DNA of 64,000 nucleotides from Oopsacas minuta. Taxonomy: Eukaryota > Animalia > Porifera. A model generated the notes under the pieces. That model made no database searches. It saw only the letters and a program-made list of their open reading frames with translations, and was not told the DNA's origin. Positions within the stretch are counted from its first letter, which is position 1, and every line of letters begins with the position of its first letter. The stretch covers positions 310,001 to 374,000 of the forward strand of contig JAKMXF010000295.1 in the NCBI GenBank assembly GCA_024704765.1, in the 5' to 3' direction. The translations under genes and the position numbers were made by a program. Shown here piece by piece: positions 25,106 to 38,800 of the stretch.

Positions 25106-27772
25106 CAGGATGGGCCACGGGAAATCGGTTGAAAGAGAATGATCATAACTCGGCACACGTATGTCTATTTCCGATTGCCAACATTTCATTTTGTAGCTAG
25201 AAGAATGCTATTTTGTGTTTAATTTATAATTAGATCAATGGGAAGTTATGACAAGGCTGAAACTGGAAGAAAGGACTAATGTCTTAAAATGGTACTACAA
25301 AATCATGGTTCCATAGTTACAACGCAGAAAAGATTTAGAAGATTCTATAACTCTAGAACTGCTCCTAAACCAGATAGCATCAAAGATATTGTCAAGAGGT
25401 TTGAGGAGAATGGTACTGTAGTTGATACAGCTAGACCAGGACCATGCCAGACAATGAAGACCCCCAATAACATCAAAAAGGTGAAGCGGAAACTTTCGGA
25501 TTCACCACATCGTTCATCAAGGAGGCTTTCAAGAAAACTTCAATTGTCCAGGACAACAGTCAGGAGGATTCCTGTAGATGATCTCAATCTCTTCTCATAT
25601 AAGATACAGTCCTACAGAAGCTATCTACAGTCCAGAAGAGAAGAGATTGACTTTTGCAAAGCTTATCGCAGGGAAGGTTGAGAAGAAGGAAATTGACATC
25701 GGTAATATTGACTGGAGTGACGAGGCTCATTTTCACCTTTCCGGACATGTTAATAAACAGAACATGAGGATTTGGGGTAAGGAAAAGCCAGATCCACTTG
25801 ATAGTAAGCCTTTAACACAAGAAAAGGTCACTGTCTGATGTGCATGGGCTCCAAGAGGATTATTGGTCCGTATTTTTATGAAAATAATGAAGGGTCAAGA
25901 GTGACCGTGAATGGTGTCCGATATCTTGATATGTTAAAGTCCTATTACATTCCAACTCTCAGAAGACGTAAGGAACTTGGTAGAATAACATTTCAACAAG
26001 ATGGCGCACCCCCACATGTAGCTAAAGTTGTTCTTGACTTTCTTAGAGAGAAATTTGACAAAAAGCTGATTTCGCGAAACTGTGACTTCTTTTGGCCACC
26101 TGACAGCCCAGATCTAAACCCATGTGATTTTTATTTATGGGGATACCTGAAGAGCAAGGTTTACTCCAATCCTATCCCTGAGACTACTGAAGACCTCAAG
26201 AGAAACGTTCGCCGGGAAATAAGACGGATCAAGGCAGAAACACTTAAGAAAGTCTCAGAAAATATCCTCACGAGATTGCAAGAAGTGATATCTTTACAGG
26301 GTGGCCCATAAGTTCTGTCTCACAGATAAAAGGTCATAATTTTGGCAAAACTCACTGAAATGACTTAAAATCTTAACACAATAACGTACACATTATTTGG
26401 ATAATAATATATTAGGCTTATTCAATATATCCACCTTTTATCTTAATTACAGCCCTAAATTGTGAAGGAACCGCCTCTACTGCCATTCGCATGGTTTCCT
26501 GGGGGATTTCATTCCAAGCACGTATTATTGATCGCTTCAGGGCCTCCAAATTTTTATGGGATTTACAACAAGCCTTTGTTTGTAATATAGACCAAACTGA
26601 GAAGTCTAGAGGGTTGAGGTCCGGACTAGATGGGGGGCCATTCCTGTTTGGAAATAAAGTCAGGAATTTCGTAGTGAAGCCTGCTTTGAGTGATGTTTGC
26701 TGTATGAGCAGGGGCATGTCTTGTTTGAACAAAAAGGGTTCATTGTTAAACATTGACTTGCTAAGATCTTTGACTATATGCTTTATAACAAGGTCTTGGT
26801 AAGTTTGAGCATTTATTTTTACCCCAGTTGGGATGAAAACTATTGGAGTCGGGCCAAGTGAAGATATTCCAGCCCAAACCATAACAGAACATGGTTTCTG
26901 TACTCTTTTTACATATCTGTACTCCTCAGGATGGTAGACGCTGTAGAAGACAATATTCTGTCGTTTTGTTGATTATGAGCTTTCTCTATCGTAAATAATT
27001 TCTCATCTGAGAACAAGACATGATCAAGACCTTGGATAGCGAGCCGGTCAATGAGACCTTTGCTTCTCTTCAGCCTCTTCTCCTTCATTACCTTTGAAAG
27101 ATAGTGTACTTTAAGTTTTGTAAATGAAGATAAAACCAGGTCTCTTTTGACAATTCTTTGGAGGGAAGAACGAGATACCTTGAGCTCCGCAGCCATTTTT
27201 CACCGATCGACTGGGATTTCGCCATACACGACCTCTTACGATCTTCCTCATCCTTGTTGTCGTTACAGATGCGGGACGACCAGATCTGGGCTTGTCAGAG
27301 ACGCTGCCAGTATCTTTATACCTATTAATGGTACGGTATACAAACTTTCGCCTTGTTTTAGGAACATTGAGAATTTTCAAAATTTCACTTTGATCTTTCC
27401 CTTTTCGATATAATTCGATAATTGTCAACCTTTCCGTTTCCATCGAGGAATTTGTCTAGCTAAAACTATGAGATGTTAAGATGAACAGTTTAGAATACTT
27501 ATAAGACTATATAGAAGCTTGAAAAGCAAAACCAATTACCTAGCTTTACCATAAAATCTATGGTTATGTATTAAAGTATGGGACAGAACTTATGGGCCAC
27601 CCTGTAAATGGGAACTGGATCGAGCATTTTGTTAATGGATAGATACTCTACAAGATGAAAATTACAATATCACTTTATAAACCTTAATATACTTTTTACA
27701 GAAATGACTTATCTTTTTTTGTTTAGAAATTATAGAAAATTTGTTTCAACCGGTTTCCCGCGGCCCACCCTG
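25106..27772 (+). mobile_element. Tc1/mariner DD41D-type transposon, interrupted at its C-terminus by a maT
   Basis: TIRs CAGG(A/G)TGGGCC(A/G)CGGGAAA(T/C)CGGTTGAAA. Motifs WSDEAHF..VNKQNMRIW and QQD-x41-D (counted, ending SPDLNPCD). The C-terminus VISL-NGNWIEHFVNG* resumes after the insertion. Confidence 0.9.
26297..27604 (-). mobile_element. maT (DD37D) transposon, 1308 bp, frameshifted
   Basis: TA|CAGGGTGGCCCATAAGTTCTGTC ... GACAGAACTTATGGGCCACCCTG|TA. Motifs RSGRP, FSDEKLF, MVWAGIS and SPDLNPLD. D-x37-D after correcting two frameshifts. Confidence 0.9.
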
Positions 27773-29365
27773 TTTATACACTCGCCTATCAAAAGTATGC
27801 GTACACTCAAAAGAATCCCATTGGAAATAGTATTCTACTAGATTTGATGATATGAAGTAATGAATTCATATTGCATGAGATATAACAATTATGATTTGAG
27901 AATCGCATTTTACGATTCTGATAAACACTAAAGAAGCTTTCAACTCAATTAGATATTGAATTGTTCAAAGATTATCATCGAGTGCAGTATGTACAACTTT
28001 TTCCGATTGCCACCATAGTTTAAGATGGGAACATGTGGCACATGGCGGAGATGATTGATAATTATCAGACTAAAAATAGCTATTCTAGTTAAAGGTCTAC
28101 ATGTAAATTTCTAATGTGTAAAATAGGAATCTGATATCAATATTGCAATATATCTTGTAAATTTAATGCATTACTGTTGAGGCGCTATGCTGTCCCTAGC
28201 AAGCGAAGCGCACTAGTTATTTTTAAATTAGAAAATATTGTCATCTGAATTATTTAGACATTGGCAATAATAATATACATTATGGCAAAATGGCCTTTCG
28301 GCATTATGCCCTTTTACAAAATATCTTTGGCATAATTCCCCTCTGCAAGACATCTTTCGGCCAGGTTCCTAGCATCCAACTGAATATATATTCTGTGAAA
28401 TGCCAGGCTCTTCATTAGGGTTGTTAATCCTTGAATGTTTCAATTATACGCGCATTTTACAAATTGATTGATGGGCTTTCAACTATACAAGTTATCCATA
28501 AGGCACACATGCAGTTGACAAATCTAGTCCGCGTGTTTAATAGTTAGATAATTTTAGGATATAACTACCCTACTTAGATATATAAATTCAATTAATTTAT
28601 GCAATATTTATGGGATCTACTGACTTTGTAGAGCGGATAATTAAGGTTGGAATAGGTCCTAATAATTGCAGTGTATTTATATACTGCAACGAATCTTGAA
28701 ATATAATTGCATATGTGACGCAACGATAGTTTAACAAGCTGGGGTAAGAGTTTAATAGAAATACAAATAAGATCAGGTCTATCCTAAGTTACTAACTAAC
28801 CTGTGAAGGTTGGTGTACTACGTTAACCTACTAGTATATTATGTTATGGTCTACTAATAATGCGTCAGCGTTACACATGAAATAACACAATGATTAATTT
28901 TGGTGAATATGATGATCCATGAAAATGGATAATGTAATTGTTAAATGATAATACTACTATAAATGACAACCCATCCCTACTGAATAATAGTCAACAATAA
29001 CCACAGCAGTTAAAATAACCTCTCAACATCGGTTGATGTTGGAGGTGGCATAAGTTAAAGAACTACTAAGGCATTGGTTCTCAATTTTTTTCTTCATTCT
29101 CCACATCGCCTCCTTTGGTTCTAATTGAAACATTTATACTGGCATATATCATAGGCGGCGCAAACGGTCTGGCTACTCAGGCCATGGCCTGAGAACTTTT
29201 TTAACTTAGCCTATTCAACCGTAAGGCGTGGCCTGACCACTTTACAACCAAGCCAATGGCCTGACCGCCACTTAACACCTTCCGCTGCCCCTGCATGTAT
29301 TGTTGTCATAGTGAATTAATATTCTAGGATAGTTCACTGCCATTCCAGCCCAATATAAGGTCGCA

Positions 29366-29760
29366 TTAGTCAATGAGATGACTGTGCTTGGTGTTGCTTA
29401 CATAGATTTCTACGTCAGGCTGGAATTTTGTCAAAACTATAGTTAGATCACCAGATGTGACGTTACGCATGTTTGTTTTCTTTGTCCTTAGGCTGTCAAA
29501 CTTACTGAAACCCATTTCTACAAGGAAGGACGTTGGGGATTCAATCATCAATAATTTCACCCTCTGACACAACAATGGATATTTTATCAAAATATCTATA
29601 CCATTTCATAAAGCAATATAACACCTTTGGATTCTCTTTGCTGCATCCATGTCGTGTTAAATATCGGAAAGTTCCTCTTAAAGAATGGGTCCAAAATCCA
29701 CTAATGGATATGAAATTCTTTCAAAGCCTGAAAGGGATAGAGATATCTTGAAGCAGAGAT
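29366..29760 (-). pseudogene. C-terminal relic of a Buster/Charlie-type (ZBED8/SCAND3-like) hAT transposase
   Basis: YPLLCQRVKLLMIESPTSFLVEMGFS..GDLTIVLTKFQPD resembles the hAT dimerisation region (PTSYLVERGFS..GDLRL.L). Confidence 0.7.
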
Positions 29761-30924
29761 AGAGAATGTTCAGAGCTATCAACAGTAAGGCTATCTGCTT
29801 TTTACTTGTACAGTGATAATTTTCAATGAAGGACATAATCAGACTGTTACGCTATGTAAGATTAGTTTTGCTCCCTGTAATTCTATAGTGACAATTTCAA
29901 CATCTCAAAAATTCAGTCAAATTGAAAGGGTTCAGCTCGATTGCATTTACCTTTGAACCTAGATCACCGTTTCGTTTTATTACAAATCTAAAATTGTATC
30001 AAGAGCTCAAAAACTCGCTTAAGACAATTTTCTTCTTCTATATACAATTTCACGATACTAAAAGTAGTCTCCCCTTAGCATTAGTAGGTCAAAGTCAATT
30101 TGTGAAATTATTTAAATCAATTAGATCAAAAATCATTTGAAATAAGACTACCAATTCAATCAGTTCAAACATTTCACTTGAAATTCAATAAATATATCAA
30201 AGATAGATTTATACAAAATTGATCTATTCCAGAAAATCAATCATAAATCAAAAGACTATTTTAATAAAAATTCAATTTCAACTCATAAATTTGAATGACT
30301 AATAATTCAACTCAATCATTCTGATAGGCAAACTCAATCATCTCAACTCAAAAATTGACTGTTTGTCAAAATGTTTATTAAAAAGAATTTCCACGTGGGC
30401 AGCTCCAAAATTCAAAAATCTTACATGTGCCAACAGAAGGGTTTGGTTATCAGGAAGTTTAGATTTATCCTGTTGTAATGCAATTTCTGTTTCCTGAATC
30501 ATTCTTATTAATTGTAACTCAACACATATTGGACCATTTGTATTTTCTTCTAAGTTTCATAATGTTAACAATATGTCTGGTTTGAAGTTTGACTATTATC
30601 GCTTGATAAAGTCTGATAGCCGTAAGACAAACAGTCCTGTCTTTCGAGCAAGAGAAGAATGTAAATTCTCTAATTGTAGAGCTGTTGCATAGATTAATGA
30701 GGCATGTAGAATATTGAGGCACTGCATACATAGACCATGGATGAATATCTACTGTAGAATCTTGAGGCACGGTAACAGAAGGAGAAACTATATACAGAAT
30801 ATGTAGTTATCATTAAGCGGTTTATTTGTAGTATTGACGTAATAATGATTTGACACATTTGTGACCAAGATAGCTTTCTCGAATTCGCATATAAATTGCA
30901 AATAATTTTCAAATAACAATAAAG

Positions 30925-32981
30925 ATGGAAGTATTTTATGAAGAAATTGTAAAGTTTTTAAACGTTGGAACATATCCTGAACCTGACGGAGTTTCCTCTG
31001 AAAAAGATGGAATTTTAGAAGAAAAGTTTCACGATATTTTCTCGGTGAAGATAACAAACTTTACAAGGTAAAACCTTAATATTATTTATAATCTACAGTT
31101 GTGTTCGCCAAATGGCAAGTGGCACCTTGCTGAAAATTTGCTTGCAAATAGGCGAACACTACTGTATATAAATATTTATGTTATTGATGCAATATCATAT
31201 GAACAATTATTTAGAAAGTGGACATCAATGGTTTAACAGTTGATATAGAAGTCCCGTTAGAAACGGAAAGGGATGATGTAATCAAAAAACATCATGATCA
31301 AGTTGGTCACCCTGGAATCAATGCTACTGTTGATTCCATACAGCAACAATATACATGGAAAGGCTTATATACACATATCATTGATTATGTGAGTAACTTA
31401 CTTGAGTACAGTTCATTCTCAATAATTTTGGAAATTAAAGGAATAGTATTATTATTACTATGAATATTTTGCTATTATATTGAGAGTTTGAGAAACTTCT
31501 CTGCTACCCTAAAAATCCTTTTTCTTAACTTCAGAGTACATAATTTGATATTCATTGAAAATTTAATATACTAGGTGGCTTCTTGTAAGATATGCCAAAT
31601 GACAGCAACAATTCCAAAATCAACCAAGAAGCTCAACCCATTCAACCTCCTTCTAGAACATGGAAACACTTAGGCATGGACTTGATTTGTGATCTCCCTG
31701 TGAGTTCCGAAGGATTTAAGCATGTTCTTGTCACAGTTTGCTACTTAAGCAAGTTCGTAGTTGTAAGACCCCTTAAGAGGGAACCTTCTGAAGAAGTTAT
31801 TCAAAATCTTCAAGATATCTATGCTACAATGGGATTACCGGATATTATTCAACATGACAAAGGCCCGGAGTTTACCAGCAGTGTAAGTGATATTAGAACT
31901 TAATATATCTGAAATTGCTTAATCAATTAATTTATTTTCTTTAGCTGTTTCAGGAATTCCATTGCAAACTACACATTGACAACCGTAGTACTAGAGCTTA
32001 TCATCCTATGGCTAACGGTTTCGTAGAGGCACACAATAAAATCTTGAAAACGTAAGTTATAATTTTGCAGATTAGATCGGCAAGTTACTCAGTGTAATAA
32101 AGATATTGAGTACCTATTACTTATTGATCTTAGGAAGTTAACAAAAATAGAAGTCCAGACAGGCAATCACTGTTCCCAATTACTCAAGCTCGCATGTCTC
32201 ACTATGAATTCTACAAAGAAGTCACATGGACAAACTCCTTTTAATGTGATGTGGGGATGGGAGTCAAAACTGTTGTCCACATATCCAAACCTGGCTATTG
32301 ATCCTATAGAAGACTTTGAACAGGAAGACGCTATATTTAGAGAAATTCTATCACAGCAGTCAGAAAATGACTATATAGACGATCAAGATGAATTTTCCCC
32401 GCCATCTTCTGAGCCAGGAGAAGAATTAAGCTGATCTATGAGACTCGAGATACACGATTCAAATCAGCTGCAGAGAATATCCATTCTGAACAACTCAGAC
32501 AAAAACTACAATATGATGAAAAAGTCAATACCAAGGGGTGAGCTTTCCTATAATTTCTTGATATTAGTGCTATATCTAACCCATTAAATTTAGGTCTTCA
32601 ATAAAGATAGGTGATAGGATCATTTGCACAAACATGAACAAATTAAAACGGTTGCCAAACACCAAAAATAAACCAAAATTTTTTTGGACCTCATACAGTC
32701 TGTACAGTCACTGAGAGCCACATTACTATTTGTGAAAATATCTCAGGAGCTAAGAAAACAAAAACATACCAATTGACCTCGTTCGTTTGTATACAGAACG
32801 CAAACCAAAATCCCTCAGACAAGCTAACCAAATAGAAATTAATCACATTCCTTCCAAGGTATGTGAGTTTATTGTATAAATCCTGAAATTATCACAATTA
32901 CTTATATACTTTAGACGTTGCAACGAAAACTTTATGGATTTTCTAGAGAAAGAATACTTCATCACCCTCAATAATTTCAAG
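30925..32981 (+). pseudogene. Ginger integrase, multi-exon (at least 6 GT-AG introns), with a few frameshifts/stops
   Basis: N-terminal YPE..RRK..LY motif; HHCC finger (HDQVGH..CKIC); DD35E triad MDL / HDKG-x35-VEAH, counted across the 31883-31944 intron; TPF motif; AAENI..Q..QK..YD; GPY-like KFFGPH. Confidence 0.85.
31096..31164. mobile_element. 69-bp mini-MITE in Ginger intron 1
   Basis: TA|CAGTTGTGTTCGCC ... GGCGAACACTACTG|TA: 14-bp TIR with one mismatch. Confidence 0.7.
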
Positions 32982-33639
32982 GTTTGCACATTTGTATTCA
33001 GTAGAACCTCACTAAATAATTAAAGAGTTCCGAATAGGTTTACTATGAAATATGAAAAAATCAAGAGTAATCTGGCCTGGCAGATGCGGCCAGGCCTTTG
33101 TTCTACAACTTGTATTACCTGCACCGGACTTGTGTTTGAATATATTTTACCCATTTCTAATCTAACTTTAGATAGTTTTGAAACAAAATATTGAGCGACA
33201 CACCTACATGACACCACTGCATGAGGGGATTCATAAAGATCTCAATGTATTCCACACTTATACCTGCAATACTCTCCTGTTTGAATTCCTACTCAATTGC
33301 AAAGAATACGAAATAGTAAGTTTGATTTCTTGGTATTTGTATAATTACACGAAGTGTAGTGTTTGCTCAAATCTATTGTTAATGAAATACGCATAATAAA
33401 TGATATAACAATGGCATACACATTGTAGTTCTTTCTCTTGAACATTCTGTATACGAATTCATTAGTATTCAGCAACACGAGAAGTTTGATACATGTTTAG
33501 TATAGGAATATACATATGATTGTCTTATTCCAATACAGCGATCCCAATACTATTTGTATTTTGGATACTTTTAATCTTGTAAATATGTATATTATTCCCA
33601 ATAGAGCGGAATCAAAATTAATGATTTTATTGAATTATA

Positions 33640-34965
33640 CAGGGTGCGTCAAAAGTTCTGCAACAATATTGAAAGCTCTATTACAATTCATATATTGGTG
33701 CAATCATTTATATAAATGTGGAATAACTATAATATGAGCATCAATAATGAGTACTGTAAGGATTTCTGGCTAAGAAGTTTCAAATCTCATCCCTTTGGCT
33801 TTCAAACAGCACCTGACCCTATTTTGGAATATATTACAGGCACGAGCAATTTCCTCTTGGTCTAGATCTTTCCAAGCTCGTTTTAGAGCACGCTTAAGTG
33901 AAGGAATATCATTGTAAGAACGATTATTAACGATAGTTTCCAATCTCTCCCATAAATAATATTCGCATGGGTTGAGATCCGGACTTGATGGGGGGGCCAC
34001 TCTTCACGTCCTAAAAACGCCGGTACATTGCTTGATAGCCATTATAGGGTAGATTTAGCAATGTGTGCCGGCGCACCATCCTGTTGAAATATCCATTTTT
34101 CTCCTTTCATAATGGTTGATCCAATATGCCGAACATATTTATCTAATATAAGGTCTTGATAAACTTTTGCATTGATCTTCGTTCCTTCTGGGACGAAAAC
34201 TAAGGGGGTTTTGCCAATTGAAGATATACCTGCCCAAACCATGACAGATTTAGAATATTGACTCTTCTGAACTGTTCTGAACTGTTCAGGTATATCCTTC
34301 GTGATATTGAATAAATACACGAATTTTTCGAGTTGCATTTTTCATCAATACTGAAAATCTTCTCATCTGAAAACACAATTCTCTTAGGGTTGACAGATTT
34401 GAGCCAGGTAAGAAGCTTACGACATCTTTGTACCCTCTTGTGAATAACTGTATCAGTTAGAGACCCAGTCTTAGTTCTCTTGAAGAACTTGTATCCCAGG
34501 ACTTTAGTAACAATTCGCCGAGTCGATGCATTAGAAATCTTGACCCGGGCAGCGATTTTTCGATGGGAAAGGGTCGGATGACGAGTCATAGCTGGCGAAC
34601 TTTCTTCTTGTTCACAGCTGTACAAATAGAGCGCGGACGACCAGATCTTCGCTTATCTGTAATATTGCCAGTCTCCCTGAAGCGTTTCAAGGTACGCCAG
34701 ATAAAGGATCTGCCGAATTTCTTTGGATCAAGAGTTTTGAAAATTTGGTTTTGCTCAACACCACTGAAAAATAATTCTGTAACCGCAACTCTCCTTTGTT
34801 CAAGCATGATTTTAGTTGACATGACACTGGTATCAATCTAAGTAGCTATTATTACTTAAGTACATATATAGATAATTCAAAAGGATGCTTAGTATAGAAA
34901 ATTCATTTAAGGGTTAATATGAAATATTGTAATCAATTTTGTTGCAGAACTTTTGACGCACCCTG
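33640..34965 (-). mobile_element. maT-like Tc1/mariner transposon, 1326 bp, nested in Ginger
   Basis: Perfect 27-bp TIR CAGGGTGCGTCAAAAGTTCTGCAACAA with TA TSDs. Motifs RSGRP, FSDEKIF, VMVWAGIS, FQQDGAPAH and SPDLNPCEYYLW. Frameshifted. Confidence 0.92.
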
Positions 34966-35150
34966 TAGAAGAGAAATATTACTGATACTTTACTCAATTG
35001 GACGACAGAGTTATATCTTCATTTTACAAACACCCAAGCTGCCAAATACACACACAAAGTAGTGTTCTTTCTAGTAAGTTGATCCAAATTTACATTTAGC
35101 ATAGAGTATATACATCCATATTGTAATAATTATAATGATAATCTGTTTAG

Positions 35151-35833
35151 GCAATGGAGTACTTAAATTTGATGTTGTGGCAAATATTCCCAGAAAACAT
35201 CTCTACCTATATCCCTTTATTTGATTCAAGTCCAATCATATCTGTGGTAAATGAAGAATGGCTTCGTGATAAATGCAAGTTTCTGGGACTGGTGTTTATA
35301 TCCACCATCAAGCAACCACAAAACCTAGCCAGACTGTCACTCAGTAAATATACACCATGGGAAACTGAAAGAATAGTCGGTGATGGGAACTGTCTTTTCC
35401 GGTGTATTTCTAAAATATTAATTGGTGACCAGGCAAGTCACTTAGAAATTCGCTCTGCGATTGCATACTTTATTGCCAGTGAAGGAGTAACTAGAATTGG
35501 TTGGTATTTTAAACAGAAATTAACTAATCCTTGTAAATACTTCATGAATGAACATCTTGTGTCTCACGAAGGAACTTAGGGTAGCGATGTGGAAATCATA
35601 GCATTGTCGAATAATCTTGCCTCGATGTGTATGTTGCAATCAACTGCTATGGAAATCAAGGCAACTTAACTCGAGAAGTTCGCTGGAGCTTGTTCAGAGG
35701 CTCTAAGAAACCAACAACCGCACTCTACATTTGTAATTATTGTAATCATTATGAGCCGGTCACTTCTATGATTGAGAGTTCCACACCTACTTATGGCGAA
35801 ACTTCAGAAGAATCAACAAATATACAAGAATGA
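35151..35833 (+). pseudogene. OTU-family cysteine protease (deubiquitinase-like) region of the Ginger element
   Basis: GDGNCLFRCIS (Cys codon at 35391), EGT*GSDVEI (Trp mutated to stop) and NHYEPV (His codon at 35747). Lies inside the Ginger TIRs on the integrase strand. Confidence 0.85.
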
Positions 35834-38800
35834 AGAAAATACAATTAGTCATTATTTTGTGCTAGTATCAAGTTTTTGTGTGTTAGTAGAATAATATCAT
35901 AAATTGCAAGATTGTTTTCTAACCATGTAATAACAAGTTAAATTTTGTTCATTACAGTATAACCTTCACTAATGTGAACGTCAGAAACCATCAAAATTCG
36001 TTTATCTTATCTAAAGTTTATATTAACGATTGTGAAATCAGTTGGAAAGTATTAAAAAGACCAAATTTTGGAAAATTACTTGCTTGCTTAACCAGGAGAT
36101 TCGTATTGACTGCGTTTGTTATAATAATTAATGAGGTTTCACTATACACGTATGTGTTGTCAAAAACAAGTATATTTTCAAGTCATGATTGAAATACGTA
36201 AATACTATTAATAAAAGAAAACCGCATGATGACAACTACATATTCTGTATATGGTTCCTCCCTCAGTTACCGTGCCTCAATATTCTACAGTAGATACTCA
36301 TCCATGGTCTATGTATACAGTGCCTCAATATTCTACGTGCCTCACTAATCTATGCAACAGAGCAAATGTAAATTATATTGAGGAAGAGACTTATTTAAAT
36401 AAACATGTAGTGGTGAAGTTGTATTCTGAAGGATCTCTTTCAACTCATCATACAGATGGTACGAATGCTTATAGGCTTCATTTATCTTTGTGGAGAGTGC
36501 AGAAATATGAGAGGACTGTTACTTAGTTATTTTGTCAGCAAAATATTTAATAAGCAATCAATTCAACGATTCTGACAAAACAGGAAGATTTTGTTATTGC
36601 AATTTAACTTATTTACAATCCGCGGAATGTTTAAGGAAAGTTAATTCATAAATGATATCCGCTAATAGGTTTTCTAATTCTCACATAAAAGATGTAGCAA
36701 TACTCAGCAGTACTTCCGTCATCTGCTTCCCATAGCCCTATTCCTGGTTATGTTCAGTACTTTGTGCAAGATCCATTAGTCATACAAATGTATACTTCTA
36801 AACAAATGAAACTCTTAAAATCTATGTAGTTATAAATTTAGATGCTATTGGGGGACATGATGTAGTTTTAAGTTAGATGCTCCCGGATCCTTAATTAGTA
36901 AAAAACTTCATGCTCTAACAAAACAAAATATTTATTATGCTCTAACTATCCAGCATCATGAGTTTTCCACAAGTCCAATACCCGTAGCAAAAATTATCAT
37001 TAGGAGCATGGTACAGCTGAAATTTCAATTCTTGAATAATGATGTTTGAATTCGAAATTGGTATTCAATAGAGACATAAAAATACATAAGGTAGAAATGA
37101 ATTATAGCTGAGCTATGATACATAGTTCTGGTTTAATATCTATTAAATTTGCCAATTTTGAATACCTTCAAAACTTTATAACTAATAGTGAAAATCTAAA
37201 TGTTACTACTGTTTCTACACCTGTGTACAGCTCACGCAATGCACAGGATCAGTTACAAGATGGACAAAATGTTTAAAATGGACCAAACGATAAAGGGAAT
37301 AGTTCAACATGCTTTTGGTCGAATCATAAATTGTTAATTTTGTATGAAATTGACAATCATATTGATCATGTGATATACTTTATGTTTTGAAAAACGATCC
37401 ATTGATTATGATAATAAATTTGAAAAACGCCAAGGTTGTGACGTGACCTCTACTGTAGCCCAGACAGCCAGATAAGGAGTAAATATGTTTGGAAAATAGA
37501 TTACCTTATTAAATTGACAATAAGAAATGGGCAAAATGATCATTTTAGTGAGCAACCTTGAAATACTCCCATATTTATATCGTCGTTTAATAGTTGTATT
37601 CTGAAGATTTTTACACTGCACAGAAGGGTTTATAAGCAGCTCACAGGACCATCGGCCACCGGCCCATCAGTAAATGTCCCGTTCTCCCGTAGGCCAGTCC
37701 GTCCTTTGTCCTAAATCCAATATCAAGGTTATCTTGTATAACCTTGTTATTGGAGTTAGTACTTCCTAAGTAATAGAAAACAATGTATTTTACTATCCTG
37801 GAATAATTAATTTTCTATTGACATATTTTATGCCATTGTTACCATTGTGCACTGTGGAGTGGAATAATTATATGTACAATCAATACACCAGGTAATCTTT
37901 AACAGACAGCAACGCTAGTGTTGAAAATTGGTTTAGGATAGTTAACCACAGCATTTATCCTTCTGAAACGAGAATGAGAGCAGCTGATTTCATTAGGTCA
38001 ATTTATGTAAATATAGAGGATAGGATTGCTGCATTTAAATTTGCTTTTATACCTTTTGCAAACAAAGGAAAAGAAGAATGCAAGTAGAAAATTAAGAAAA
38101 TTGTAAGGAGGAATGGCCTAAAGGGAAAAGACCGAATTTAACTATATTAAACCTTTGAAAGTTATCAATCTAATAATAAGCAATTAGATAGTCTACAAAA
38201 GCCTTTAGCAAATACAGAAGTACAAATACCAGTCAAGTCTGTGTGTGAACAGGTTAAATACTCAGAGGAAGTTCAGAATATTAGTTTACCAGGTAAGGAA
38301 GTAGAAATAATTACCGATTTAGACCTTATTGAATAGGGTGAGCTAGATTATATATTTCTTAAATTCCAACCCATTACTTATAAGGGAAAAAAGTTATTTG
38401 TAAAAGGTTTAACTTAAAATTGTATAATTTACTTGTTTCTCCTAGAAATAACATTCCACAAAATTCAAATTTACTCGAATACTATCCTTTTAAAATGTTA
38501 CATGTTTCTGGAGATAGTAATTGTGTATTTTCTTCACTAGCATTTTGGATGATAAGAAATACCGATAATTTCCATCAAATTCGATTACTAATTACTGATA
38601 ATATGGCTGGAGGGTTGAAAAAACCTTGTAATAAATTTATCAAAATATATTTCCACTTTCAGTATGCAAATATAGAAATGTGAATGGCTATATTATCAAA
38701 TCGAATATGCTTAAGAACATAACTTGGGAATTGATGTGGAATTATTTACGGTAGCTTGTTATTGCATCAGAAGTTTGGATTTTTACAGTAACTATGGGAA

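Larger units (their letters stand above)
30683..36359 (+). mobile_element. Ginger1-type DNA transposon (Gypsy-integrase-related) with an OTU protease domain
   Basis: ~110-bp TIRs starting TGTTGCATAGATT and ending AATCTATGCAACA. Perfect 4-bp TSD GAGC at 30679-30682 and 36360-36363. No LTR, gag or RT. Confidence 0.9.

Noticed and set aside
27779-27812. Tc1-like TIR start TA|CACTCGCCTATCAAAAGTATGCGTACAC
   Set aside because: No partner TIR or transposase found; a solo end at best.
30925-32981. Gypsy LTR retrotransposon pol fragment
   Set aside because: No RT, RNase H, gag or LTRs. The integrase has introns and lies between TIRs with a 4-bp TSD, which defines Ginger.
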